Positions 16,528-24,240 of a stretch of 64,000 nucleotides of DNA are shown piece after piece. The first letter of the stretch is position 1; every line of letters starts with the position of its first letter. Under the pieces are notes generated by a model that was not told where the DNA came from, made no database searches, and was given only the letters and a program-made list of their open reading frames with translations. This DNA is from a virus. Made by a program: the position numbers and the translations under genes. Location: positions 64,001 to 128,000 of IMG/VR virus record IMGVR_UViG_3300014913_000007; one strand, given 5' to 3'.

Positions 16528-16800
16528 ATGGCATTATTATTTGATGGAGTAGCAACGGATTTCGCAGCTGATGAAGCTAGTTTCGTAGAGGTTGCACATA
16601 ATATTGGACAATGTCCTGATAGCATTCAATTTTTAGGAGTTGAAGGTGAGGTAGAAGGTTTTCCTACACTACTAGATGGTGAAGGTGATGAAATTCCTGG
16701 CCCATACCTAACACAAACAAGAGATCCTAATGTAGTTAGAGTTCACAAACCTAACGCTTATACGTTCGCAGGTAAGTTTATTGTTCGTATTTACGGATAA
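16528..16800 (+). CDS. hypothetical, probably virion-associated protein
   Basis: GAGG RBS, upstream TGTACTAT motif, downstream terminator. Confidence 0.7.
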   Translation: MALLFDGVATDFAADEASFVEVAHNIGQCPDSIQFLGVEGEVEGFPTLLDGEGDEIPGPYLTQTRDPNVVRVHKPNAYTFAGKFIVRIYG

Positions 16801-16812
16801 TTTATAATCTCT

Positions 16813-16848
16813 ATAGCCTGGTTAATTAACTTTAACTGGGCTATTTTT
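16813..16848 (+). terminator. intrinsic terminator
   Basis: ATAGCCTGGTTAA/TTAACTGGGCTAT stem followed by a T-run. Confidence 0.75.
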
Positions 16849-16851
16849 ACG

Positions 16852-17214
16852 TCATAAATCTATAAGTCTCAGCTCTCTATTCCTATAATAGATTTTAGCA
16901 GTACCTTCAACGAAGTCTTTTAATGTTCTTGAAAAGATAGTACACCCATAACAGTCTGCCAACCTGTCTTCGTAATCCACTAGAGCTAAGAAATTGTTAA
17001 CTCCTCCTAAGCTTTCCTCTGAAAACCCAAACTTTATTAAGTCTTTTCTTTCTAAAGATCTTCTATCTATATGTGCTCCATTATAGAATTCAGTACGTAG
17101 TATAGCTTTATACTTAGCACCTTCCTTAGTTTCCTTTATCCAAAAAGAATTACCAAAGAGCAGAATCTCTATGAATTTATCTCTAGTTACTCTTCTTATC
17201 TTATATCTACTCAT
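16852..17214 (-). CDS. hypothetical protein
   Basis: 120-aa ORF coupled to upstream gene. Confidence 0.6.
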   Translation of the reverse strand: MSRYKIRRVTRDKFIEILLFGNSFWIKETKEGAKYKAILRTEFYNGAHIDRRSLERKDLIKFGFSEESLGGVNNFLALVDYEDRLADCYGCTIFSRTLKDFVEGTAKIYYRNRELRLIDL

Positions 17215-17770
17215 CTCTTAAAAGTTCCTGTCTGAAAAGTACCCAACGATGGTTAAGTTCTACTTTACCTCTATTAACCTCATCTAAATAGTCTATACAG
17301 TCAACTACATTGTCAAACATGAACTTAGGATCTATAATTCCAAATAACCAAGAGGATGCTTTTGTTTTACCCCCTTTCACGATAACTAGTACAGGCTTCT
17401 TCTGCTGATCTGCAAGTATTAGTTCATGGTACGTTCCACACATATGAATGCTAGTATCTACCATAACTATTAAGAAGTCAGAGATATCTACTTGTCTCAA
17501 ATCCGAGCGTACAATTTTTCTCATTAATCTTCTAAGTTTTGTCCAGCTTCTGTTCTTCTTTAATGTTCGAATAGCTTCCTGCTCCTCTCCTACGTCAGGT
17601 GTAAGAGCTTCTAACTTATGAGTTGGGTCTAGGAATTTGATACCTATACCTCGTTTCTTAGTTTCTTCTATAATTTCTTGTCTATAAGACACTCCATAAT
17701 CCTCAGACATATCAATAGGTCCCGCTAAATATGCCACAGATTTATCTAATATGTTGACCTTTTTACTCAT
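17207..17770 (-). CDS. nucleoside 2-deoxyribosyltransferase-like protein
   Basis: YLAGPID...DLRQVDISD...GTYHEL pattern. Confidence 0.78.
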   Translation of the reverse strand: MSKKVNILDKSVAYLAGPIDMSEDYGVSYRQEIIEETKKRGIGIKFLDPTHKLEALTPDVGEEQEAIRTLKKNRSWTKLRRLMRKIVRSDLRQVDISDFLIVMVDTSIHMCGTYHELILADQQKKPVLVIVKGGKTKASSWLFGIIDPKFMFDNVVDCIDYLDEVNRGKVELNHRWVLFRQELLRDE

Positions 17771-18741
17771 TAGTTTTCTCCATGTTTAGTATATAAATGT
17801 AAATATATTCTAGATATCTGATCTAGAAAAATTTCAAAGGTATGATCCTTTTTCATCATATTACAAGTTTTGCAAGCTGGTACACAGTTATCTAAGTAAT
17901 AACCCTTAGTATTGTCTAGTCTATCTATACTATTCCTAAATAGTCCTTTTCCTGACCTGAGCTTAGTTTGCGGAGAGTTTCCACAGTAATAACACTTTGA
18001 AGAGGCTATGGTTTTGAACTCCTCCAAAGTTAGATCAAAAGTAGTATTGTTAAAAAGCTTGTTACGTCTTCTATAGTTTGAAGCTATATACGCTCTAAAT
18101 TCTGACTCCCAAGCTTTAGCCTTAGTAGAAGGTCTCAAACTTTGTGAACACCTTGAACACTTTTTAATTAGTCCCTGCCTAAGATTGCAACCTATATATG
18201 CCTGCTCATTACCACATGTACACCTACACATCCACTTAAGTTCACGTTTTCCACTTTTAAATACATGATCCTCAACATTATACAAGACTACCAAATCTCC
18301 AAACACTTTTCCAGATAGATCAATAACAGATTTATACCTAATTACTTTAGAAAGGTTATCACAAGTCTCGCAGTAGGTACTACTACTTCTTCTAGAGGCT
18401 TTTCCATTGTAAGTCTTCAAAGTATCAATTGATATTTCCTTTTCTAGACCACAACTGCATTTACATAGATACCAAGATCGTCTTGTCTTTGTTGTCGAAC
18501 TTCTAGTTCTCTCTAAAACTGTCCAATTGTAGAAAGATTTCCCTATTAATTTTAACCTCTGTTCTTCGTGTTTACACTTTACACATTGTGTACTCATGCC
18601 TCTCGATAAAGCTGATCCTAGGACTGTGCTTTCTGTACCACAACTACATTTACATGTCCAATAAAGGTTTCCACTGGCGCTCTTATCCCTGGCTTTACTA
18701 ACTACCGTCCATTTACCTATTATTTGTCCAGTTTCAATCAT
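17770..18741 (-). CDS. HNH homing endonuclease with repeated N-terminal Zn modules
   Basis: three (W/Y)xCxCxCG repeats; CYYCG...IDRLDNTKGY..NCVPACKTCNMMK. Confidence 0.85.
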   Translation of the reverse strand: MIETGQIIGKWTVVSKARDKSASGNLYWTCKCSCGTESTVLGSALSRGMSTQCVKCKHEEQRLKLIGKSFYNWTVLERTRSSTTKTRRSWYLCKCSCGLEKEISIDTLKTYNGKASRRSSSTYCETCDNLSKVIRYKSVIDLSGKVFGDLVVLYNVEDHVFKSGKRELKWMCRCTCGNEQAYIGCNLRQGLIKKCSRCSQSLRPSTKAKAWESEFRAYIASNYRRRNKLFNNTTFDLTLEEFKTIASSKCYYCGNSPQTKLRSGKGLFRNSIDRLDNTKGYYLDNCVPACKTCNMMKKDHTFEIFLDQISRIYLHLYTKHGEN

Positions 18742-18835
18742 TTGTCTAAAATATTCGGATTCTTACTCATATTAAATCCTGTTATTAAGTAAAAATTCTA
18801 TACCTATTATAACATTATAAGTACAAAGCTGCAAC

Positions 18836-19216
18836 CTACTTACCATTAACATGTTTATATACCTTGTCATACAACTCTTTTACTAACTTACTAATAAATT
18901 CCGGATCATGAGTCTCTACTTTACTAATATGCTTACCACAATCCTTACAACGAACATAGAAGTGAATGCGGGGACCAATAAAGTCTCCTTGACAGGAATC
19001 ATAATCCTCTCTTTTGACGTGTTCGATATCTGGGTCATAATCTAGATTCTCATGCTTACAGGCTTCTATCTCACAGGCTCTTTCACATACTCCGGCCTCA
19101 TGCTCTTGTTTATAGGACTTACTACAAATATCACAGATATACTCGTAAACGTCATACTTCACCGTCCTTTCAATTGTCTTAACTAGTTTCTTCTTCATTG
19201 TTTTCCTTACATCCAC
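18836..19216 (-). CDS. Cys/His-rich Zn-binding protein, paralog 3 of triplet
   Basis: YxCxxC...CE..C...CxH...CxxC pattern. Confidence 0.7.
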   Translation of the reverse strand: MDVRKTMKKKLVKTIERTVKYDVYEYICDICSKSYKQEHEAGVCERACEIEACKHENLDYDPDIEHVKREDYDSCQGDFIGPRIHFYVRCKDCGKHISKVETHDPEFISKLVKELYDKVYKHVNGK

Positions 19217-19547
19217 AAATTACAAAATCATCTGCTAACTCATATACTTCTCTAAAAAACTTACGAGAACAACATAAGTCCATCTTCTTATCTGATATTA
19301 CCTTATTACAGTTACTGCACTTCTCTAACAGGTACAGATATCCGGGTTCATGATCGTCTACATCATAAGAACGTCCTGGGAATTCCTCTATTACTACCTT
19401 TGTACAGTAATGTTTGCAATCTTTCTGCCTACATAATGACTCACACTCCTCTATATCTTTAGGACTTAAAGACTTCTTACCACAAAAGATACATTCATAC
19501 TCAATTACATATTCAGTTACTGGTACTTTTATTCTTTCTGTTTTCAT
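19179..19547 (-). CDS. Cys/His-rich Zn-binding protein, paralog 2 of triplet
   Basis: same Cys/His pattern. Confidence 0.7.
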   Translation of the reverse strand: MKTERIKVPVTEYVIEYECIFCGKKSLSPKDIEECESLCRQKDCKHYCTKVVIEEFPGRSYDVDDHEPGYLYLLEKCSNCNKVISDKKMDLCCSRKFFREVYELADDFVICGCKENNEEETS

Positions 19548-19927
19548 TCAAAGTCTTCCTCTTTTGTTTTATAGATTGAGAACTTCTTATACTGTTCTGC
19601 TATAGGTTGTATCTTCGCCAGGAATAGCTGTATATACTTCTTACCTTCTATCCTAACTTCACTAATGGCTGCTCCACATCGAGAACACTCTCCTTCAATT
19701 GATAGACTTGGGTGTTCAACTATGTCTAGATCTTCGTTAAAGGATCCGGAAAATCCATATAAACTATAATTAATTTCGTCATGTTCACAGTTAGTAAATC
19801 TACATAAGTCCGTACACTCTTTGGCCTCTTCTTCAGTGTCATATTCTCTTTTGCAGACTTCACATATATATCTATAGATGGTAACTTCCCTTAATTCTTT
19901 ACCTATAATCACTTTTTTCATTACCAA
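19544..19927 (-). CDS. Cys/His-rich Zn-binding protein, paralog 1 of triplet
   Basis: same Cys/His pattern. Confidence 0.7.
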   Translation of the reverse strand: MVMKKVIIGKELREVTIYRYICEVCKREYDTEEEAKECTDLCRFTNCEHDEINYSLYGFSGSFNEDLDIVEHPSLSIEGECSRCGAAISEVRIEGKKYIQLFLAKIQPIAEQYKKFSIYKTKEEDFE

Positions 19928-20847
19928 TCTGCCCCGAAAACTAACCCACCATAAATAGAAAACCTATCTTCTTGCTCTGAATACTGCCTAGTAGATCCTA
20001 TAACATTAAATTTAACTGAGTATCCTAAATATTCCAGTCCGACTCCAGTATGCAGACTACTTACAAAATGTTTAGTATCTACACTATGACTTTTTCTAAA
20101 CAAAGTTCCATCATAGAATATATTCCTACCTACTAAAGCTATGTTAGTTCCACCAAAAGCATATGCTGATACTCTCTCAGTGTGGCTTCCATCTAGTTGA
20201 GGTAAGTTTCTTCCTACTCTAAACAAATTTTTATAATTAAAATCAGTGTAAATATTACCTGACCTAAACCGTATTTCAGATACTCTATCTATAAATCTTC
20301 CATAAACAAACTTCTTACTTCTAAGATACTCTAAGTTTAGTACTAGCTCATGAGGTAGCTGATGATCCCAACCTTTAGGGTCTTTCCCCTTGCCTAGGTC
20401 ATTATGTACAAATTTCTGTGCATGTTCAGAAAAAGAATACTTACCCACCAATCCTATAGTTAAGGAGGTCTCTATTCTAAAGTCGGCATCAGCGTTTACT
20501 CTAGTTAACTGTGTAAACAATAATCCTGCATAGGGGTTATTGTTTTCTATTAGCTCCACTACCCCTATATCACTTGGGGTATGAATCTCTTGCCCAAACC
20601 TTGTTTTAATTCTGGTTAGTTTATCAGGGTCATTATCGTATATTCTAATAGCGGGTAAAAATCTCGCAGCTTGTCTCAGTTTCTTGGTGGCTTTAGCATA
20701 GCCTACTGAATTAGTTAAGATAGTTCCATGTGTGTAGTTTTTATCACTCCCCCCCACAATATCATTTTCTATAGTTATGCCAAAGTTATTGGAAACTGAA
20801 CAACTACACAAAAAAGTTAGTAGTATTATATATAAGTACTTAAACAT
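19921..20847 (-). CDS. lpxR: LpxR-family lipid A 3'-O-deacylase (DUF2219) outer-membrane beta-barrel
   Basis: END...DKNYTHG, GQEIHTP, PYAG, AQKFVH, GWDHQL motifs; signal peptide; terminal aromatic residue. Confidence 0.82.
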   Translation of the reverse strand: MFKYLYIILLTFLCSCSVSNNFGITIENDIVGGSDKNYTHGTILTNSVGYAKATKKLRQAARFLPAIRIYDNDPDKLTRIKTRFGQEIHTPSDIGVVELIENNNPYAGLLFTQLTRVNADADFRIETSLTIGLVGKYSFSEHAQKFVHNDLGKGKDPKGWDHQLPHELVLNLEYLRSKKFVYGRFIDRVSEIRFRSGNIYTDFNYKNLFRVGRNLPQLDGSHTERVSAYAFGGTNIALVGRNIFYDGTLFRKSHSVDTKHFVSSLHTGVGLEYLGYSVKFNVIGSTRQYSEQEDRFSIYGGLVFGADW

Positions 20848-20852
20848 GAAAC

Positions 20853-21233
20853 TTAAACCTCAATTATAAAATTATCTTCTTCCTCTGACTTAGTAACCTT
20901 ATTTACTCTTTTAGTACATAATGCAATACTAGTTTTATTAGGTCTTCCCTTCCTTCTAGCCTGAATGCCAGTACTCCCAAAGATAGTCCTTAAAGCTTTA
21001 GTATCTATTCTATACCTTACTGCTATCTCTTTCTGAGTCTTGCCTTCTATTATGTACAATTTAAACAACTTGTCTCTGGTTAACAATCTCCTAGCTCTTG
21101 CTATTTTTGTTTCTTTTCTCTTCACACAATGCTTTGATTTGAATTTCAACATTGTCCGGGTAGAGGCAGTTTCCACTTTGACTTCTCCTTTAGTTCCAAA
21201 TAAGACTTTTCTTATTCTTTTAATAAACAACAT
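20853..21233 (-). CDS. basic HTH DNA-binding protein
   Basis: LYIIEGKTQKEIAVRYRI helix-turn-helix. Confidence 0.6.
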   Translation of the reverse strand: MLFIKRIRKVLFGTKGEVKVETASTRTMLKFKSKHCVKRKETKIARARRLLTRDKLFKLYIIEGKTQKEIAVRYRIDTKALRTIFGSTGIQARRKGRPNKTSIALCTKRVNKVTKSEEEDNFIIEV

Positions 21234-21353
21234 ACTGCTCCTACTTCTCCTTCTTATTAAATATTCCTATAGAAAACAGTATACCCATCCTTTGATTGTA
21301 TGTCAAACTATTAATATAATCAATGCTAATAAAATTAATTAATTAATTAATTC

Positions 21354-21382
21354 TTGACTTTTATCATTACCTGTACTATAGT
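21354..21382 (+). promoter_or_regulatory. sigma70-type promoter of tRNA array 2
   Basis: TTGACT-17 nt (ending TGTAC)-TATAGT. Confidence 0.82.
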
Positions 21383-21388
21383 GAGTAT

Positions 21389-21469
21389 ATGATTACAAGA
21401 ATGATTTCTTTATACACTTCTTTATGTACCTCTTATCTAGAGGAACTCGAATATCTATATCTAAAATAA
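21389..21469 (+). CDS. leaderless leader peptide of tRNA array 2, MITRMISLYTSLCTSYLEELEYLYLK
   Basis: ATG at predicted +1; residues 16-25 are all L/Y/E and one Cys is present; array encodes Leu x3, Cys, Tyr, Glu. Confidence 0.8.
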   Translation: MITRMISLYTSLCTSYLEELEYLYLK

Positions 21470-21480
21470 GGTAAACTTCA

Positions 21481-21549
21481 CATAAAACTAAACGCACTTC
21501 TGGCCCAGTTTTATGGGAAGGAGATAAGTGTATTTAGTTTTTGTTTTTT
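21481..21549 (+). terminator. candidate attenuator with alternative hairpins
   Basis: AAAACTAAA-C-GCACTT/AAGTGT-A-TTTAGTTTT with U-rich tail, competing with CATAAAACT/AGTTTTATG. Confidence 0.6.
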
Positions 21550-21553
21550 ATTA

Positions 21554-21640
21554 GCCCAGGTGGTGGAATTGGTAGACACGCTGAGTTTAAGCCTCAGTGT
21601 CAGCAATGACGTACAGGTTCGAGTCCTGCTCTGGGCACCA
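21554..21640 (+). tRNA. tRNA-Leu(TAA)
   Basis: loop TTTAAGC; long variable arm; CCA. Confidence 0.92.
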
Positions 21641-21641
21641 T

Positions 21642-21725
21642 ACTAGATTGGTGGAATTGGTAGACACATTAGGCTCAAACCCTGAGGCCAGAAATGGTGT
21701 ATAGGTTCGACTCCTATATCTAGTA
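21642..21725 (+). tRNA. tRNA-Leu(CAA)
   Basis: loop CTCAAAC; long variable arm. Confidence 0.88.
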
Positions 21726-21730
21726 CTTAT

Positions 21731-21814
21731 GCCGAGGTGGTGGAATTGGTAGACACGCTAGTCTTAGAAGCTAGTGCCCGAAAGGGCGTGAGGGTTCGAC
21801 CCCCTCCTTCGGCA
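21731..21814 (+). tRNA. tRNA-Leu(TAG)
   Basis: loop CTTAGAA; long variable arm. Confidence 0.92.
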
Positions 21815-21823
21815 CTTTTATAT

Positions 21824-21897
21824 GACTCCTTGGTCAAGTGGTAAGACGAGAGATTGCAAACCTCTAGTCCTGGGTTCAATCCCCAGAGGAGTTTCCA
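21824..21897 (+). tRNA. tRNA-Cys(GCA)
   Basis: loop TTGCAAA; U73; CCA. Confidence 0.88.
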
Positions 21898-21898
21898 C

Positions 21899-21986
21899 GG
21901 GAGAACGGTCACGATGGTGGAGTGGCACTGGTCTGTAAAACCAGCACAAAGAAACACAGGGGGTTCGAATCCCTCTTCTCCCACCA
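21899..21986 (+). tRNA. tRNA-Tyr(GTA)
   Basis: loop CTGTAAA; long variable arm; CCA. Confidence 0.9.
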
Positions 21987-21989
21987 CAT

Positions 21990-22060
21990 GTCTCCATCGT
22001 CTAACGGTAGGACATCTGACTTTCTATCAGATAATGTCGGTTCGATTCCGGCTGGAGATA
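21990..22060 (+). tRNA. tRNA-Glu(TTC)
   Basis: TCTGA-CTTTCTA-TCAGA; Glu-type D arm ATCGTCTAACGG. Confidence 0.88.
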
Positions 22061-22066
22061 CTTTTT

Positions 22067-23110
22067 TTAATCCTCTACTAGTACCTTAGATTGTATATAC
22101 TCTTTAACATACTTAAAAGGAATATCTAAGTCTTCGCTTATCTCCTCATAAGAAAGTCCTTCATCTATAAGCATAGTAGAAACTTCTGTTCCGTGTGCCT
22201 CCACTAAAGGTCTGAAGACTTGTTTAGCTTTTATTAACTCTTTCTTTGAGTTCCAATATCTAACAGACTTAAATAATTTCTTAGCTTTAGTATCTTCTGG
22301 AAAAATAGATGATTCAAGATCTACTTCTGGATATAGAATTTCTGCAAACTTAATCATGTCTACTGTCATAACTCTTACCCTACATACAGTAGATTGCTTC
22401 GTACTAGTATTTTCTAGGATGGTATTATATATTCCTAAATCCTTTAGTACTTCTGAAAACTGAGTGACAAATTTAATAGTAGGTCCACTCATGGATAGAA
22501 ATCCAGGTTCAGGTTCTGTTAAATTCTTACAGAAACCTCCATGTCTTTCAAAATACCCTCTCAAGTAATGTGGTAGTAGTTTCTTTGGCATTAAAGGTGG
22601 GAAGTCTAACATGTTTACATTTCTACTACCATAGTGCCACTTATTAAGTGCTTCTCTTATTCCTTGTTGGCTTATAGTAAGAAAAAATTTACCATATTCA
22701 CGTCCATTTACTGTTTGAGTACGGTAACTAAATTTATTATCTATCTTTAAACATTTTTTTAACTTTACTAAGTACTCTTTATCTTTTATAGAAGAAGTTA
22801 TTATCATACTTTCTGAAGTACTAGTCTTAAGGATCGATCCTGCCCAAGCTAGGTAACCTAATACGTAAGCTAAGTCCTTATTATCAATTTTCTTAAACTT
22901 ATCTAAGTCTATTTTCTTATACTTTCTTGTATTAATCATTCCAAGATCATAGCATTCCTTAAAGGATCTAAACTTCATATTATATTTTTCAAATAGCTTT
23001 TCTACTCTGTAAGTTGTAATAGAATATTTTTTTGCTATAGCTTTTTTACTTTTAAGCTCAATTAAGTAACTGGTCTCTAGTTGTTTTTTAGTTGGTAATT
23101 TAGTAAGCAT
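22067..23110 (-). CDS. LAGLIDADG-type endonuclease-like protein with terminal HTH domains (motifs degenerate)
   Basis: AYVLGYLAWAGS and HYLRGYFERHGG motifs lacking the usual DG. Confidence 0.72.
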   Translation of the reverse strand: MLTKLPTKKQLETSYLIELKSKKAIAKKYSITTYRVEKLFEKYNMKFRSFKECYDLGMINTRKYKKIDLDKFKKIDNKDLAYVLGYLAWAGSILKTSTSESMIITSSIKDKEYLVKLKKCLKIDNKFSYRTQTVNGREYGKFFLTISQQGIREALNKWHYGSRNVNMLDFPPLMPKKLLPHYLRGYFERHGGFCKNLTEPEPGFLSMSGPTIKFVTQFSEVLKDLGIYNTILENTSTKQSTVCRVRVMTVDMIKFAEILYPEVDLESSIFPEDTKAKKLFKSVRYWNSKKELIKAKQVFRPLVEAHGTEVSTMLIDEGLSYEEISEDLDIPFKYVKEYIQSKVLVED

Positions 23111-23180
23111 CTATCAGTCTCCTTAAAAAATTCACTATAAGTAGCAGCTTACCAATATACAATAGTTTTGTCAATAGTAC

Positions 23181-23209
23181 TTGCTATCTAAATAAAAATC
23201 CTATATAAT
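23181..23209 (+). promoter_or_regulatory. sigma70-type promoter
   Basis: TTGCTA-17-TATAAT. Confidence 0.7.
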
Positions 23210-23212
23210 ATG

Positions 23213-23381
23213 CCTAGGGAGTGCCGACTCACAGTAGAGGAAACACTCGTAACGACAAAAAAATAAAGATGCTACTGTCTCTTAACTACTGGGTTTAATG
23301 GTTCGTTTATGTGCTCTGTACGTAACATCACCACCGATGGCTGTAGGTGTAAGCTCAACCTAGGAACGGGCCAGCTTTTTT
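23213..23381 (+). ncRNA. candidate structured ncRNA or 5' leader (~165 nt)
   Basis: GC-richer non-coding tract after promoter; CCTAGGGAG pairs with CTC-AA-CCTAGG; ACAGTAG/CTACTGT; ends in a T-run. Confidence 0.55.
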
Positions 23382-23399
23382 ATTATACAAGTAACTAAA

Positions 23400-23738
23400 A
23401 TGAAGAAAATAAAACCTAAAGACTATTCAAAGTTAAAGCCTGGTAAAACATACCTATTTGCAAGTATACACTTCAAAGAAAAAGAAGTAAGTCTGCAAGG
23501 GAAAAAAGTTAAAACCTGGGAAATAGTAGAAGTAACTCCCAGAGAAGGTAAATTACTATCAATAACCACTAAAAGAATAGAGATACTAAAGAAAGGCAAA
23601 CCTACAGGAAAGTTCGCTCTGGTTGGGGATGTATTAATCTTTGAACCAAGAAATAACTGCATAGTATTAATGGGAAGTAAAGTAAAAGTCTTCAAAACAG
23701 TAATAGGCTGTAATAATTTTAAAATATATAAGAAGTAA
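23400..23738 (+). CDS. basic hypothetical protein
   Basis: 112-aa Lys-rich ORF. Confidence 0.55.
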   Translation: MKKIKPKDYSKLKPGKTYLFASIHFKEKEVSLQGKKVKTWEIVEVTPREGKLLSITTKRIEILKKGKPTGKFALVGDVLIFEPRNNCIVLMGSKVKVFKTVIGCNNFKIYKK

Positions 23739-23744
23739 TTAAAT

Positions 23745-23951
23745 ATGGATCCAGTAATACTAATATTAATACTTATCTTATTTACGTCTGTGACTATAAA
23801 TTTGGTGCTTACATGTAGGTTATTAAGGTCTGAACTAACTTTAAGAAGAAAATCTAAAAGATTAGAAGCAGTTATGAAAGAAAATGAACGCTACTTCTAC
23901 GAACAGTTCGATAAATATGTTGATAACAAGTCAAATGAGGATTTTCATTAA
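23745..23951 (+). CDS. small membrane protein
   Basis: N-terminal TM helix followed by coiled coil. Confidence 0.55.
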   Translation: MDPVILILILILFTSVTINLVLTCRLLRSELTLRRKSKRLEAVMKENERYFYEQFDKYVDNKSNEDFH

Positions 23952-24145
23952 TCTGCTGGCCTATCTACTAAAATCCAGACACATCTACTGAATATATTTA
24001 AAGTAACTTCATCCTTCAATTCATGATCGTCTGGTGAGATGGTCTTATCATACCCTAAACATTTGAGATATTTATTCTCTACCCTGGCTAATTGTCTTAA
24101 CTTTTCAAAAGAGAGTTTCATTTCGTCTCTGTCCTTTTCCAGCAT
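23948..24145 (-). CDS. hypothetical protein
   Basis: 65-aa ORF with AAGGA RBS. Confidence 0.5.
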   Translation of the reverse strand: MLEKDRDEMKLSFEKLRQLARVENKYLKCLGYDKTISPDDHELKDEVTLNIFSRCVWILVDRPAD

Positions 24146-24240
24146 TGTATGTCCTTATGTATTTATAAGTTATTATTAATATTAGTTTAACATATATTTA
24201 ATACTAAGTCAAATACGTATTTTATGCTATTTCTTGACTT

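Noticed and set aside
22016-22032. Amber suppressor reading (CTA) of loop CTTTCTA, and likewise CTTCTAA in tRNA 28744-28817
   Set aside because: Centring the 7-nt loops on their 5-bp stems gives TTC (Glu) and TCT (Arg).
23213-23381. RNase P RNA or tmRNA identity
   Set aside because: GAGGAAA is not followed by GUCC and the 3' conserved region is missing; there are no tRNA-like ends or convincing tag ORF.
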